Shown: one piece after another, positions 1 through 8,612 of the stretch
Layout: the number at the start of each line of letters is the position of its first letter
Position numbering within the stretch: position 1 is the first letter of the stretch
Origin: an uncultured Bacteroidales bacterium
Lineage (GTDB): Bacteria; Bacteroidota; Bacteroidia; Bacteroidales; UBA3824
Assembly (NCBI GenBank): GCA_947168365.1
Contig: CAMVLO010000007.1
Span: forward strand, 8,642-72,641
Direction of reading: 5' to 3'
DNA: 64,000 nt
Notes under the pieces: model-generated
Told to the model about the DNA's origin: nothing
Seen by the model: the letters and a program-made list of their open reading frames with translations, nothing else
The model's database searches: none
Program-made: the position numbers and the translations under genes

Positions 1-20
1 GCTTAATTAAAATTAAAAAA

Positions 21-1001
21 ATGGCAAAAAATAAACATTCATACCGTCGTAATAAGATGGCTTTATTAGAAGACAACGATCATAAAGCACCAAAAAAAAC
101 AGTTAAATCATCAAATACACACAAAGAGACTAAAAAAGTTCGACCAAACCATGATAGATCATTAGATATTGATATTGATAAAATTATAGAAAATCACAAA
201 ATTGAAATTTTTGTTTCAAAAGTTGTTGCCATAATAATTTTAATTTATTTAATAGTTGATTGGGGTATAGATGTTATAATAGGCGAAGATTATCCGTCGT
301 CAATTTTCAAGAGGATAATTATTTTCTTTCTTACCGAAATAACAGCTTTGGCAGTTTCTTTTGGGTGCTTATTATTATTATATAAGTTATTAGTTAAATG
401 GGTAGTATGGTCAATAGATACAATTAAATATTACAGATATTTTGGCTTTATCCCCAAATTTTTAAATGATTTATTTATTTTTCGTAAAAGAGGACATGCT
501 GCAAGTGATATTCATTGTGCGTATAAAGTTAAAATTGGTAAAAAAACTGTGAAGGTCTCACAGTTTAGATTTTCTAAAACGAAAAAATACAGCGATGGTA
601 GTGTTATTATATATGAAGGTATTTTTTTTGAGGTTGACATCAAAAACAAATCGATACCGGAAGGAATATGGCTTACATGTACAGGTTTTTATCATGTTAG
701 GGAAGGTTTGCATAAATTCGAGTCAGGAATTTTTACGCTATATGTTGATAACCTTTATGTTCTCAATAATTTCAACAAGGATGTAATATTTTCCTTAGCT
801 GAAAGAATTTACAAGGATTATGGTTCGTCATTTGTTTTATATTTCGGAAAAGGCGTCATGTATTTTATAGATAATGAGCCGTATCCTGATATAGATGACA
901 ATTTACCGTTTAAATGGAATTTTATAGAAACTTCTCTTCGTGCTGACCTTGAAACGTTACAATATACCATTGATACGGCAGAAATTCTCGCTTCTTTGTA
1001 A
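21..1001 (+). CDS. Hypothetical membrane protein, possibly distant DUF3137-like
   Basis: 326-aa ORF with two or three hydrophobic segments after a basic N-terminus. C-terminal 'IYEGIFFEVD' region weakly recalls DUF3137. Confidence 0.55.
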   Translation: MAKNKHSYRRNKMALLEDNDHKAPKKTVKSSNTHKETKKVRPNHDRSLDIDIDKIIENHKIEIFVSKVVAIIILIYLIVDWGIDVIIGEDYPSSIFKRIIIFFLTEITALAVSFGCLLLLYKLLVKWVVWSIDTIKYYRYFGFIPKFLNDLFIFRKRGHAASDIHCAYKVKIGKKTVKVSQFRFSKTKKYSDGSVIIYEGIFFEVDIKNKSIPEGIWLTCTGFYHVREGLHKFESGIFTLYVDNLYVLNNFNKDVIFSLAERIYKDYGSSFVLYFGKGVMYFIDNEPYPDIDDNLPFKWNFIETSLRADLETLQYTIDTAEILASL

Positions 1002-1056
1002 AATTTTTTTCTAAAGCACCGTGTCTTTGATGATATTTACGGTTAAATAACCTTTT

Positions 1057-1357
1057 CGACGGGCGTTGTCATCAAGAAATTATTTTATTTTGACATGTCG
1101 ACGGGCGTTGTCATCAAGAAATTATTTTATTTTGACATGTCGACGGGCGTTGTCATTAAGAAAATTTTTTATTTTGTCATGACGACGGGCGTTGTCGTCA
1201 AGAAATTATTTTATTTTGACATGACGACGGGCGTTGTCATCAAGAAATTATTTTATTTTGACATGACGACGGGCGTTGTCATCAAGAAAATTTTTTATTT
1301 TGTCATGACGACGGGTGTTGTCTTCAAGAATTTTTTTTATTTTTACATGTCGACAGG
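1057..1357. repeat. Tandem array 1: 7 full 42-bp units plus a partial unit (CGACGGGCGTTGTCATCAAGAAATTATTTTATTTTGACATGT)
   Basis: Units start at 1057, 1099, 1141, 1183, 1225, 1267, 1309 and partially at 1351. Exact 42-bp period, no unique spacers. Confidence 0.97.
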
Positions 1358-1422
1358 TATCAAAACTATAAAAAAATATTATATTTTCCTATCTTTTAGC
1401 ATCGAAAAACTGTAATTTTTTG

Positions 1423-1435
1423 TAACGTTCTGATA
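1423..1435. promoter_or_regulatory. IHF/HU-type consensus site in cassette leader 1
   Basis: TAACGTTCTGATA is the reverse complement of WATCARNNNNTTR. Equivalent sites at 17444 and 57590. Confidence 0.5.
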
Positions 1436-1473
1436 TACAGTTAAAAAGTTTAATAATTTTTAACATAACCCCG

Positions 1474-1488
1474 CTACAATGCGTGTAG
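1474..1488. promoter_or_regulatory. Conserved palindrome CTACA-N5-TGTAG (putative operator) in leader 1
   Basis: ctacaatgcgtgtag. Homologous palindromes at 17496 and 57641 with conserved spacing. Confidence 0.55.
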
Positions 1489-1563
1489 ATGGTGATTTTT
1501 GTTGATTTATGGTGATTTTCTATTGATTTTTAGGACGTTTTGTGAGTCAATTTCGGATGTAAA

Positions 1564-1595
1564 TTTGTATAATTAAAAGATTATTTGTATATTTG
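1564..1595 (+). promoter_or_regulatory. Bacteroidetes sigma-A promoter (-33 TTTG, -7 TATATTTG) for DUF6261-like gene 1
   Basis: TTTG at 1564, TATATTTG at 1588, 20-nt spacer. Same layout in all three cassettes. Confidence 0.7.
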
Positions 1596-1737
1596 CATCG
1601 TTATAATTGATTATTCTATTGTTTCATCTAATTCTTTAAAGATTATATTATATTGATAGAATCTTTTTGAAACTACTGACTAATCTTATAATATTTTTAT
1701 TAACAATTAATATTAACAATTAAAAATTTAATTTATT

Positions 1738-2472
1738 ATGATTACATTATCTAAAAAAAGTCTCGTTAAGTTATCAAACTTAGAAGCGTTGTATTTCACG
1801 GAGCGAGCACTTGCAGCTGTGGAACAGTTGCCTGAAGAAATACGTAATAGTAAAATGGTTAAAGATTTTTCAAGATGTTATGAAACATTGGGTGTTAACA
1901 TCGAGAAGAAGCGTATTAATCCTCAAACAACTGAGCTTTGTAAAATTAGGGAACAAGTGGAAATTCTATTTAGAGCTCTGTCAAGGATTGTGTATGCTGA
2001 GATGTTTCACCCTGATGAGTCTTTGGCTTTGAAAGCAAGTGTTGCTAATGAGATTTTGTGTAAATACAAAATTGAGCTTGGTAACAATGTGTTTAAACGT
2101 ATCAGTAAGATTAGATGTCAGATTGATGAGTTTGATAAACTCGGAAAAGATGTATTGAAATCTTTGAATATTGATGCGTATATAAATGCTGTTAAAGCTC
2201 TTTTGGAAAAACATAGTACTCTTTATGCAGAGCGTGGTACTTATGCGCAGTCTGTTAGGGGTATTAATAAGTTGGCACGCAATGATTTGAATGTTGCATG
2301 GGGCAAGGTTGTAGATTATATTGAGGTTTACAATGTTTATATTTCGCCTGATACATGTAATGATTTCATTTTGATTGTCAACGAATTGTTTTCAAAATGT
2401 AGACGTCATAAGATTGATAAATCTGAGATTAGTGGTGTTGGGGCTGACGAAGTGTCGGTTCCGGTTAAATAG
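1738..2472 (+). CDS. DUF6261/HagB-like all-helical protein (cassette copy 1)
   Basis: Pattern LxNxE...HPDE...Y...LYxER...AR..L..AW..V...F...VNEL fits DUF6261 proteins. Paralogs at 17761 and 57906. Confidence 0.7.
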   Translation: MITLSKKSLVKLSNLEALYFTERALAAVEQLPEEIRNSKMVKDFSRCYETLGVNIEKKRINPQTTELCKIREQVEILFRALSRIVYAEMFHPDESLALKASVANEILCKYKIELGNNVFKRISKIRCQIDEFDKLGKDVLKSLNIDAYINAVKALLEKHSTLYAERGTYAQSVRGINKLARNDLNVAWGKVVDYIEVYNVYISPDTCNDFILIVNELFSKCRRHKIDKSEISGVGADEVSVPVK

Positions 2473-2553
2473 TTATTTGTGCCGACATATATTGGTCAGG
2501 GATATACTTGATGTTTTTTTAAGATTTTCTGACAAAAGATGTCAACATCATGT

Positions 2554-2596
2554 AACGGGGGTTGAAGTCGTAATTGACTCACCCCCGTTTTTTTTT
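2554..2596 (+). terminator. Intrinsic terminator after cassette 1
   Basis: AACGGGGGT...ACCCCCGTT stem followed by a T run. Confidence 0.75.
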
Positions 2597-2647
2597 ATTC
2601 TGTTGTGATTCGGCTTTTGATTTATGATTTAGATGTTGATTTTTTTA

Positions 2648-2900
2648 TTCAAGTTTCGCAAGTAAAAATATAATTAAACAACGAATTAAACGAATTAAGA
2701 CGAATACTTACTATTATTATAAATAAAATCATAATCTTCGATTTTGATTTTTACGAATTTAACGAATGCTACTGCTATTAATTGGTATTCGTTAAATTTG
2801 TATTTTTAGTTTCCAAAGGAAAATAAAAATCTTCGTAGGCTTTGATGTTTTCGTTTAATTCGTTTAATTCGTTGTTAAAAAAATACTTGCGAAAGTTGAG
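2648..2900. mobile_element. MITE-like element with long terminal inverted repeats (AACGAATTAAACGAATT family)
   Basis: Outer IR TCAAGTTTCGCAAGTA/TACTTGCGAAAGTTGA plus inner IR AACAACGAATTAAACGAATTAA/TTAATTCGTTTAATTCGTTGTT. Flanked by TTTTTTTA on both sides (possible 8-bp target duplication). Confidence 0.6.
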
Positions 2901-3084
2901 TTTTTTTATTTAAAATGGCTGTCACGAAGGTTAGTCGCTACAGAAGTTGTTTGTTTAAATGAAATCGCGGTGTTATTTATATGAAAAAACATATTTTTTT
3001 TGTTTTGGATTTTTTGTTATTTTTGCAAATATATTCAGTTTGTATAATTTTTATACTTTTTTACCTAAATTAAAATTACGAAAG

Positions 3085-4449
3085 ATGTCAAAACAAAAAC
3101 GTTTCTTCTTACAGGAAGACCAAATACCAACACAATGGTATAATATTCAGGCTGACATGGTTACCAAACCAATGCCTCCGCTCAATCCGGCAACAAAACA
3201 GCCGTTAAAACCGGAAGATCTTTATCCGATTTTCGCTGAAGAACTTTCTCGTCAGGAACTTGACCAAACTCATCAATGGATTGATATTCCTGATGCTGTA
3301 AGGGAGATGTATGCTTATTACCGTTCTACTCCTTTGGTACGTGCTTACGGTTTGGAAAAGGCTTTGGATACTCCGGCTCATATTTATTTTAAGAATGAAA
3401 GTGTATCGCCGGTAGGAAGTCACAAGCTTAATTCTGCTCTTCCTCAGGCTTATTATTGTAAACAACAAGGTGTTACTAATATTACTACCGAAACAGGTGC
3501 AGGTCAATGGGGCTGTGCTTTGAGTTATGCTGCTAAGGTTTTCGGTTTGGAAGCTGCTGTTTATCAGGTGAAAATATCATACGAACAAAAACCGTATCGC
3601 CGTTCTATTATGCAGACTTACGGCGCACAGGTTACTGCTTCGCCTTCGATGTCAACTCGTGCCGGAAAGGATATTTTGACTCGTGAACCTAATTGTCAGG
3701 GTTCGCTCGGTACTGCTATTTCTGAGGCTATTGAATTGGCTCTCAATACTCCTAACTGTAAATATACTTTGGGTTCGGTGTTGAGTCATGTGGCTTTGCA
3801 TCAGACTATTATCGGTCTTGAGGCTGAAAAGCAGATGGAGATGGCGGGTGAATATCCTGATACAATTATTGCATGTTTTGGCGGCGGCAGCAATTTTGCC
3901 GGAATTGCTTTCCCGTTTATGCGTCACAATATTCTTGAGGGTAAAACTACAAGGTTTATTGCCGCAGAGCCTGCAAGCTGTCCGAAACTTACTCGCGGTG
4001 TGTTCCAATATGATTTTGGTGATGAAGCCGGTTATACACCTTTGTTGCCGATGTTTACTTTGGGTCACAATTTTATGCCTGCAAATATTCATGCCGGAGG
4101 TTTAAGGTATCACGGAGCGGGAGTTATTGTAAGTCAATTGTTGAAGGATAAATACATGGAAGCGGTTGATATCAAACAGCTTGACAGTTTTGAAGCCGGG
4201 ATGTTGTTTTCGCGTGCTGAAGGTATTATTCCTGCTCCTGAAAGTTGTCACGCTATTGCAGCAACAATCAACGAAGCCAAGAGATGCAAGGAAACCGGCG
4301 AATCGAAAGTAATACTTTTCAATCTTTCGGGACACGGTTTGATAGATATGTCAGCATACGATCAATATTTGAGCGGTTCACTTCAAAATTATGTTGTGAG
4401 CGATGAGGACGTTCAAAGAAATATCTCACAATTGGAAAAGGTAATTTAA
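3085..4449 (+). CDS. trpB2: TrpB-like PLP-dependent enzyme (TrpB2)
   Basis: GSHKLN, TETGAGQWG, GGGSNF, HAGGLRYHG and PAPESCHA motifs. Start moved to MSKQKRF at 3085. Confidence 0.93.
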   Translation: MSKQKRFFLQEDQIPTQWYNIQADMVTKPMPPLNPATKQPLKPEDLYPIFAEELSRQELDQTHQWIDIPDAVREMYAYYRSTPLVRAYGLEKALDTPAHIYFKNESVSPVGSHKLNSALPQAYYCKQQGVTNITTETGAGQWGCALSYAAKVFGLEAAVYQVKISYEQKPYRRSIMQTYGAQVTASPSMSTRAGKDILTREPNCQGSLGTAISEAIELALNTPNCKYTLGSVLSHVALHQTIIGLEAEKQMEMAGEYPDTIIACFGGGSNFAGIAFPFMRHNILEGKTTRFIAAEPASCPKLTRGVFQYDFGDEAGYTPLLPMFTLGHNFMPANIHAGGLRYHGAGVIVSQLLKDKYMEAVDIKQLDSFEAGMLFSRAEGIIPAPESCHAIAATINEAKRCKETGESKVILFNLSGHGLIDMSAYDQYLSGSLQNYVVSDEDVQRNISQLEKVI

Positions 4450-4480
4450 TTGTATTCGCAATTATTTTATATCAATTATT

Positions 4481-4507
4481 TAGGGCGAACACTTAGGTTT
4501 GCCCTTA
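4481..4507. repeat. REP-like hairpin or terminator (TAGGGCGAAC...GTTTGCCCT)
   Basis: Palindrome similar to 53926-53954 and 9997-10020. Confidence 0.5.
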
Positions 4508-4520
4508 GATTATAGATTTT

Positions 4521-4662
4521 TGTCACCGAATAAAACGAATTAAGACGAAAAAACTGAATTCAACGAAGATTTTTAATTTCCTAACGGAATTAAGAATACG
4601 AATTTAACGAATATAAATTGCCGGAAGGATAATTCGTTTTAATTCGTTTAATTAGTTGATAA
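4521..4662 (-). repeat. AACGAATT-family palindromic element, inverted relative to the 2648 and 5747 copies
   Basis: Terminal IRs present. Internal sequence is the reverse complement of the internal part of the 5747-5879 element. Confidence 0.7.
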
Positions 4663-4839
4663 ATAAAAACTTATTGACACGAAAAAGATGTCGGATGTTG
4701 ATAAAATAGAAAGTTGAGTTATATCAATATTAATATTCGAGCCAAAGAATTTCATGAAAATTTCACTGAAATTCTTTGGTTCTTTTTTTTACAATTCGAT
4801 TCTGCCTTGTAATTTTGCACCGAATTTCATTTTAACATT

Positions 4840-5703
4840 ATGAAGACTAATTTTAATTGGAAAAAAGAGTTGTCCACATTGATTGTGGTTATTATTGCGT
4901 CATTAACAATGGCAGTGAGTATCAATACATTCTGTAATGCAGGTGAATTGTTTCCGGGCGGTGTTACTGGTCTTACAATTCTTGTAATTAGGATGTTTAA
5001 ACTTTTTACCGGTATTGATTTACCTTATTCCGTGGTGAATATTTTGCTGAATGCCGTGCCGGTATATATCGGTTTTAAGTTTATCGCTAAGAAATTTACT
5101 TTGTATTCTTGCCTTGTGATTGTTTTTACCGCTTTGTTTACCGACTTTTTGCCGAATTACAAAATTACTGAAGATATGCTTTTGATAAGTATTTTCGGCG
5201 GTATTGTTCAAGGTTTGGGTATCAGCATGTGTTTGTTGAAAGATACAACTTCGGGCGGTACTGATTTTATCGCAATATATTTTTCCGAGAAAAAACATAT
5301 TGATTCGTGGAATTTGGTTTTGGGATTCAATGTTGTGGTATTGGTAATTGCCGGATTTATGTTCGGTTGGGAAAAGGCATTGTATTCTATTATATTTCAG
5401 TATGTAACAACCAAGGTTATACAATTAACTTTCCACCGTTACGACAAAGAAACATTGTTGATTGTAACTACCAAACCGAGAGAAATCTGTGAACTTATTT
5501 ACAACGAAGCCAATCACGCTGCAACAATTCTTCCTTGTGAGGGAGCATATTCACGCCGCCAGATGTCGATTGTTTATTCGGTGGTTTCTCAAGATGAGTA
5601 TTCAAAAGTAATACGACTTGTACATGATATTGACAGCAGTGCTTTTATTAATACATTAAAAACCGAGACATTGATTGGTAATTTCTATCAACGTCCGTAT
5701 TGA
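4840..5703 (+). CDS. YitT family membrane protein
   Basis: GGVTGL and SGGTDF motifs, several TM helices, C-terminal DUF2179-like segment (GAYS...IDSSAF). Confidence 0.88.
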   Translation: MKTNFNWKKELSTLIVVIIASLTMAVSINTFCNAGELFPGGVTGLTILVIRMFKLFTGIDLPYSVVNILLNAVPVYIGFKFIAKKFTLYSCLVIVFTALFTDFLPNYKITEDMLLISIFGGIVQGLGISMCLLKDTTSGGTDFIAIYFSEKKHIDSWNLVLGFNVVVLVIAGFMFGWEKALYSIIFQYVTTKVIQLTFHRYDKETLLIVTTKPREICELIYNEANHAATILPCEGAYSRRQMSIVYSVVSQDEYSKVIRLVHDIDSSAFINTLKTETLIGNFYQRPY

Positions 5704-5746
5704 TAAAATTTTGTAGGGGTGGACACTGTAAACAGGAAGTTTTTTA

Positions 5747-5879
5747 TTATCACCGAATTAAAACGAATAATTTTTCTGATAATTGGTATTTGTAAAATTT
5801 GTATTTTAAAATTCCGTAAGGAAATTAAAATCTTCGTTGAATTAAGAATATTTGTTTAATTCGTTTAATTCGGTGATAA
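5747..5879 (+). repeat. AACGAATT-family palindromic element
   Basis: TTATCACCGAATTAAA / TTTAATTCGGTGATAA terminal IRs. Internal part homologous to 2780-2840. Confidence 0.75.
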
Positions 5880-5996
5880 AAAAATGACGTGCGAAAGTAA
5901 AAACCGTCTAATTTAAATTTTTTATAAATTTGGTTTCTATCAACTTGAATATTTAAAACAATTGTTTTATCTTTGTGAAAAATTTTTCTTAATAAT

Positions 5997-6344
5997 ATGG
6001 ATTCTACAAGACAAAGCAAAGTAAGCAGACTTTTACAGAAAGAACTTGCAAATTATTTCTTGCATCATGCAAGCGATTACAACGGTGTAATGATTTCTGT
6101 ATCAGAAGTTAGAATAACATCCGATCTCGACGAGGCGAGAATATTCGTTTCGATATTTCCGCCCGCTAAACGCAAAGAAATCTTTGACGAAATCGAAATC
6201 AATACTAAAGATATAAGATTTGAAGTCGCTAAACTTATCAGATTTCAGTTAAGACGTATTCCTAATTTTATATTCATGCTCGATCAATCTTTGGATTATG
6301 CTGAGCGTATCAATCAATTGCTTGATAAAAACAAAAACGAATAA
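5997..6344 (+). CDS. rbfA: Ribosome-binding factor A
   Basis: RQSKV..LLQKELA, VRITSDL..ARIFVS, LRRIP..F..D.SLDYAERI. Confidence 0.95.
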   Translation: MDSTRQSKVSRLLQKELANYFLHHASDYNGVMISVSEVRITSDLDEARIFVSIFPPAKRKEIFDEIEINTKDIRFEVAKLIRFQLRRIPNFIFMLDQSLDYAERINQLLDKNKNE

Positions 6345-6350
6345 TCAATT

Positions 6351-7163
6351 ATGCAATACGATCCAGTAAAACGCTCGTTAGGAAATGTTTTCAACAAAGC
6401 ACCTTGGTTGAGAAAATTGTTTTATAATTTGCTCGACATCCTTTTGTTGAGGGCGTGGTATATCAAACGCGAAATCAAAAAATTATATTCAAAAGACAGA
6501 AACCAATCAGTTAGCGTACTTGATGCAGGTAGCGGTTACGGTCAATACGATTATTTTGTAAGCAGTTACCTCAAAAAGTCCGATATCCTTGGTGTTGATG
6601 TCAAACAAGAACAAATTGACGATTGCAACGATTTCTTTACCAAAATTAAACGTCAAGACCGTGTAAAATTTGAATATGCTGATTTAACAGAATTTTCAAA
6701 ACCGGATACCTACAATCTTGTATTGTCGGTAGATGTTATGGAACATATACTTGAGGACGAAAAAGTTTTTAAAAATATCTGTACCTCTCTCAAGAAAGAC
6801 GGTGTACTTTTGATTTCTACTCCGTCAGACCAAGGCGGCTCGGATGTACATCACGAAGGTGAACATTCATTTATTGATGAACACGTTCGCGACGGTTATA
6901 ATATCAACGATATCGAAACAAAACTCAAGAATGCAGGATTCTCAAAAGTAGAATCAAAATATTCTTACGGTACACCGGGTTCTATTGCTTGGTTGCTCTC
7001 GATGAAATGGCCTATTTTGATGTTAAACTGTTCTAAACTGTTTTTTATTCTTCTTATACCATATTACATCGTTACATTTCCGTTTGCCTTTGTGTTGGAT
7101 TGGATTGATACAATTACATCACACAAGACAGGTACAGGTTTGATTGTAAAAGCTGTAAAATAA
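6351..7163 (+). CDS. Class I SAM-dependent methyltransferase
   Basis: VLDAGSGYG motif I, DVMEHI, HVRDGY. Confidence 0.88.
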   Translation: MQYDPVKRSLGNVFNKAPWLRKLFYNLLDILLLRAWYIKREIKKLYSKDRNQSVSVLDAGSGYGQYDYFVSSYLKKSDILGVDVKQEQIDDCNDFFTKIKRQDRVKFEYADLTEFSKPDTYNLVLSVDVMEHILEDEKVFKNICTSLKKDGVLLISTPSDQGGSDVHHEGEHSFIDEHVRDGYNINDIETKLKNAGFSKVESKYSYGTPGSIAWLLSMKWPILMLNCSKLFFILLIPYYIVTFPFAFVLDWIDTITSHKTGTGLIVKAVK

Positions 7164-7173
7164 AACATCTAAA

Positions 7174-8385
7174 ATGAATTTACCGGTAAAATTTGCATTC
7201 AGATACTTGTTTTCCCGTAAAATGAGTTTGGTGAATATCATCTCGTTGATTTCAGTTTTTGGAGTTGCGGGAATGACAGCCGCTCTTATTGTAATTTTAT
7301 CGGTATTCAACGGTTTTGATTCGTTGATACAATCAATGATGAATCAGTTTGACCCTGATATCAAAGTTTCTGTTTCTCAGGGTAAAACATTCAAAATCAA
7401 CAAATCAACTTACGATGCACTTTCCTCTATTGACAATGTTAAAATCGTAATGCAAAATATTGAAGAGACAGCATTGTTTCAATACGAACATTATCAATAT
7501 ATTGCAACAATCAAAGGCGTAGAACTGAATTACGATGAAATTTGTAATATCAAAAATTGCACTTACATCGGAGAATATCTCTTGAAAGACCCGAAAGGAA
7601 TTCCGTTCGCATTAGTCGGCAATGATATTGCCGGAAATCTTACAGTAAATATCAACGGTTTTACGCCTTTGAAAATATACGCGCCACGTCGCACCGAAAA
7701 AGTTTCTATGAATCCTGCTGACGCATTTTCGCATTCGTTGATAGTGCCGTCGGGAATATTTCATATTCATCAGGATTTTGATTCCAAATACGTAATTGTG
7801 CCGATAGATTTTGCGCGAAACCTTTTGGAATACGATTCCACCGAAGTATCTTCTCTGGAAATTGCTTGTCACGACTATTCCAAAGTAAGTGCTACTTGTC
7901 AGCAAATCAAAGACATCCTTGGCGACGGATTCCAAGTAAAAGACCGTTATCAACAGCAAGACATCCTTTATAAAATCATGCAATCAGAAAAGATGTCAAT
8001 AATTGTGATGTTGAGTTTTATTATAATAATTGCATCATTCAATATCATCGGTGCGCTTACGATGTTGATTATTGATAAACGCAAAGATATCATTACGTTG
8101 ACAGATCTTGGAGCTGACAGTATCTTTATTAGAAAAATATTTGCCAATACCGGTCGTCTTATAACACTTACCGGGACAATTGCCGGAATAATTATCGGAT
8201 TGTTAATCTGTTGGATACAAATACAATTTCATGTTATAACATTTCCTGAAGGTTCGTTTATAATTGATTATTATCCGGTAGAAATTCGCTTTTGGGACAT
8301 CGTAGTTACAACAATAATAGTAACAGCAATTGGATTTATAGCCTCCATAATTCCTACCCGTAGAGACGCGATTTATCGCGTCTAA
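7174..8385 (+). CDS. LolC/E-type (FtsX family) ABC transporter permease
   Basis: FAFRYLFS, ILSVFNGF, IASFNIIGALTMLIIDK, YYPV. Four-TM topology. Confidence 0.88.
   Translation: MNLPVKFAFRYLFSRKMSLVNIISLISVFGVAGMTAALIVILSVFNGFDSLIQSMMNQFDPDIKVSVSQGKTFKINKSTYDALSSIDNVKIVMQNIEETALFQYEHYQYIATIKGVELNYDEICNIKNCTYIGEYLLKDPKGIPFALVGNDIAGNLTVNINGFTPLKIYAPRRTEKVSMNPADAFSHSLIVPSGIFHIHQDFDSKYVIVPIDFARNLLEYDSTEVSSLEIACHDYSKVSATCQQIKDILGDGFQVKDRYQQQDILYKIMQSEKMSIIVMLSFIIIIASFNIIGALTMLIIDKRKDIITLTDLGADSIFIRKIFANTGRLITLTGTIAGIIIGLLICWIQIQFHVITFPEGSFIIDYYPVEIRFWDIVVTTIIVTAIGFIASIIPTRRDAIYRV
8360..8385 (+). repeat. GTAG-type REP element forming the 3' end of the permease gene
   Basis: GTAG-AGACGCGAT-TT-ATCGCGTCT. 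It contains the gene's stop codon. Confidence 0.7.
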
Positions 8386-8561
8386 ATTCGCGTCTAATAT
8401 TAAAAAACACATCTAAATTCACATCAAAAATCTCGCGCGTTTCAAAAAACATCTCTTGTATTTCAAAACTTTCCTATTTACGTTAAGATAAAGAAAAAAT
8501 GTCAAATTACATTTTTTAGTTACGAAAATAATATCTATTTTTGTGAACTATAAAAATACGT

Positions 8562-8612
8562 GCGGACGGATTTGGTTTTGATTGCAACCGCTTAAAAAAA
8601 ATGCTAAAGCAA
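8562..8612 (+). ncRNA. SAM-II-class riboswitch upstream of metK
   Basis: GCGG...GATTTGG...TTGCAA-CCGC...AAT-GCTAAAG matches the SAM-II P1 and pseudoknot signature. Lies in the metK 5'UTR downstream of a TATTTTTG promoter element. Confidence 0.7.

Noticed and set aside
1017-1024. CACCGTGT just upstream of arrays 1 and 3 (also at 57061)
   Set aside because: Only 8 bp and absent before array 2, so too weak to call a cassette boundary.
1057-1357. Arrays 1-3 as CRISPR arrays
   Set aside because: Units are contiguous and near-identical with no unique spacers, and there are no cas genes in the window.
1361-1368. Minus-strand TAnnTTTG element pointing into array 1
   Set aside because: No equivalent at the same position in copies 2 and 3.
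1095-1415. ORF with 14-aa repeats (MSTGVVIKKLFYFD)
   Set aside because: By-product of the 42-bp period. The equivalent array 3 has a 41-bp period and array 2 gives an unrelated peptide.
2959-3084. Extended N-termini in the ORF track (trpB2; likewise 11394, 13529, 21797, 51245, 54729, 54818, 60571)
   Set aside because: The extensions cover promoter or AT-rich sequence. Homology begins at downstream ATGs.
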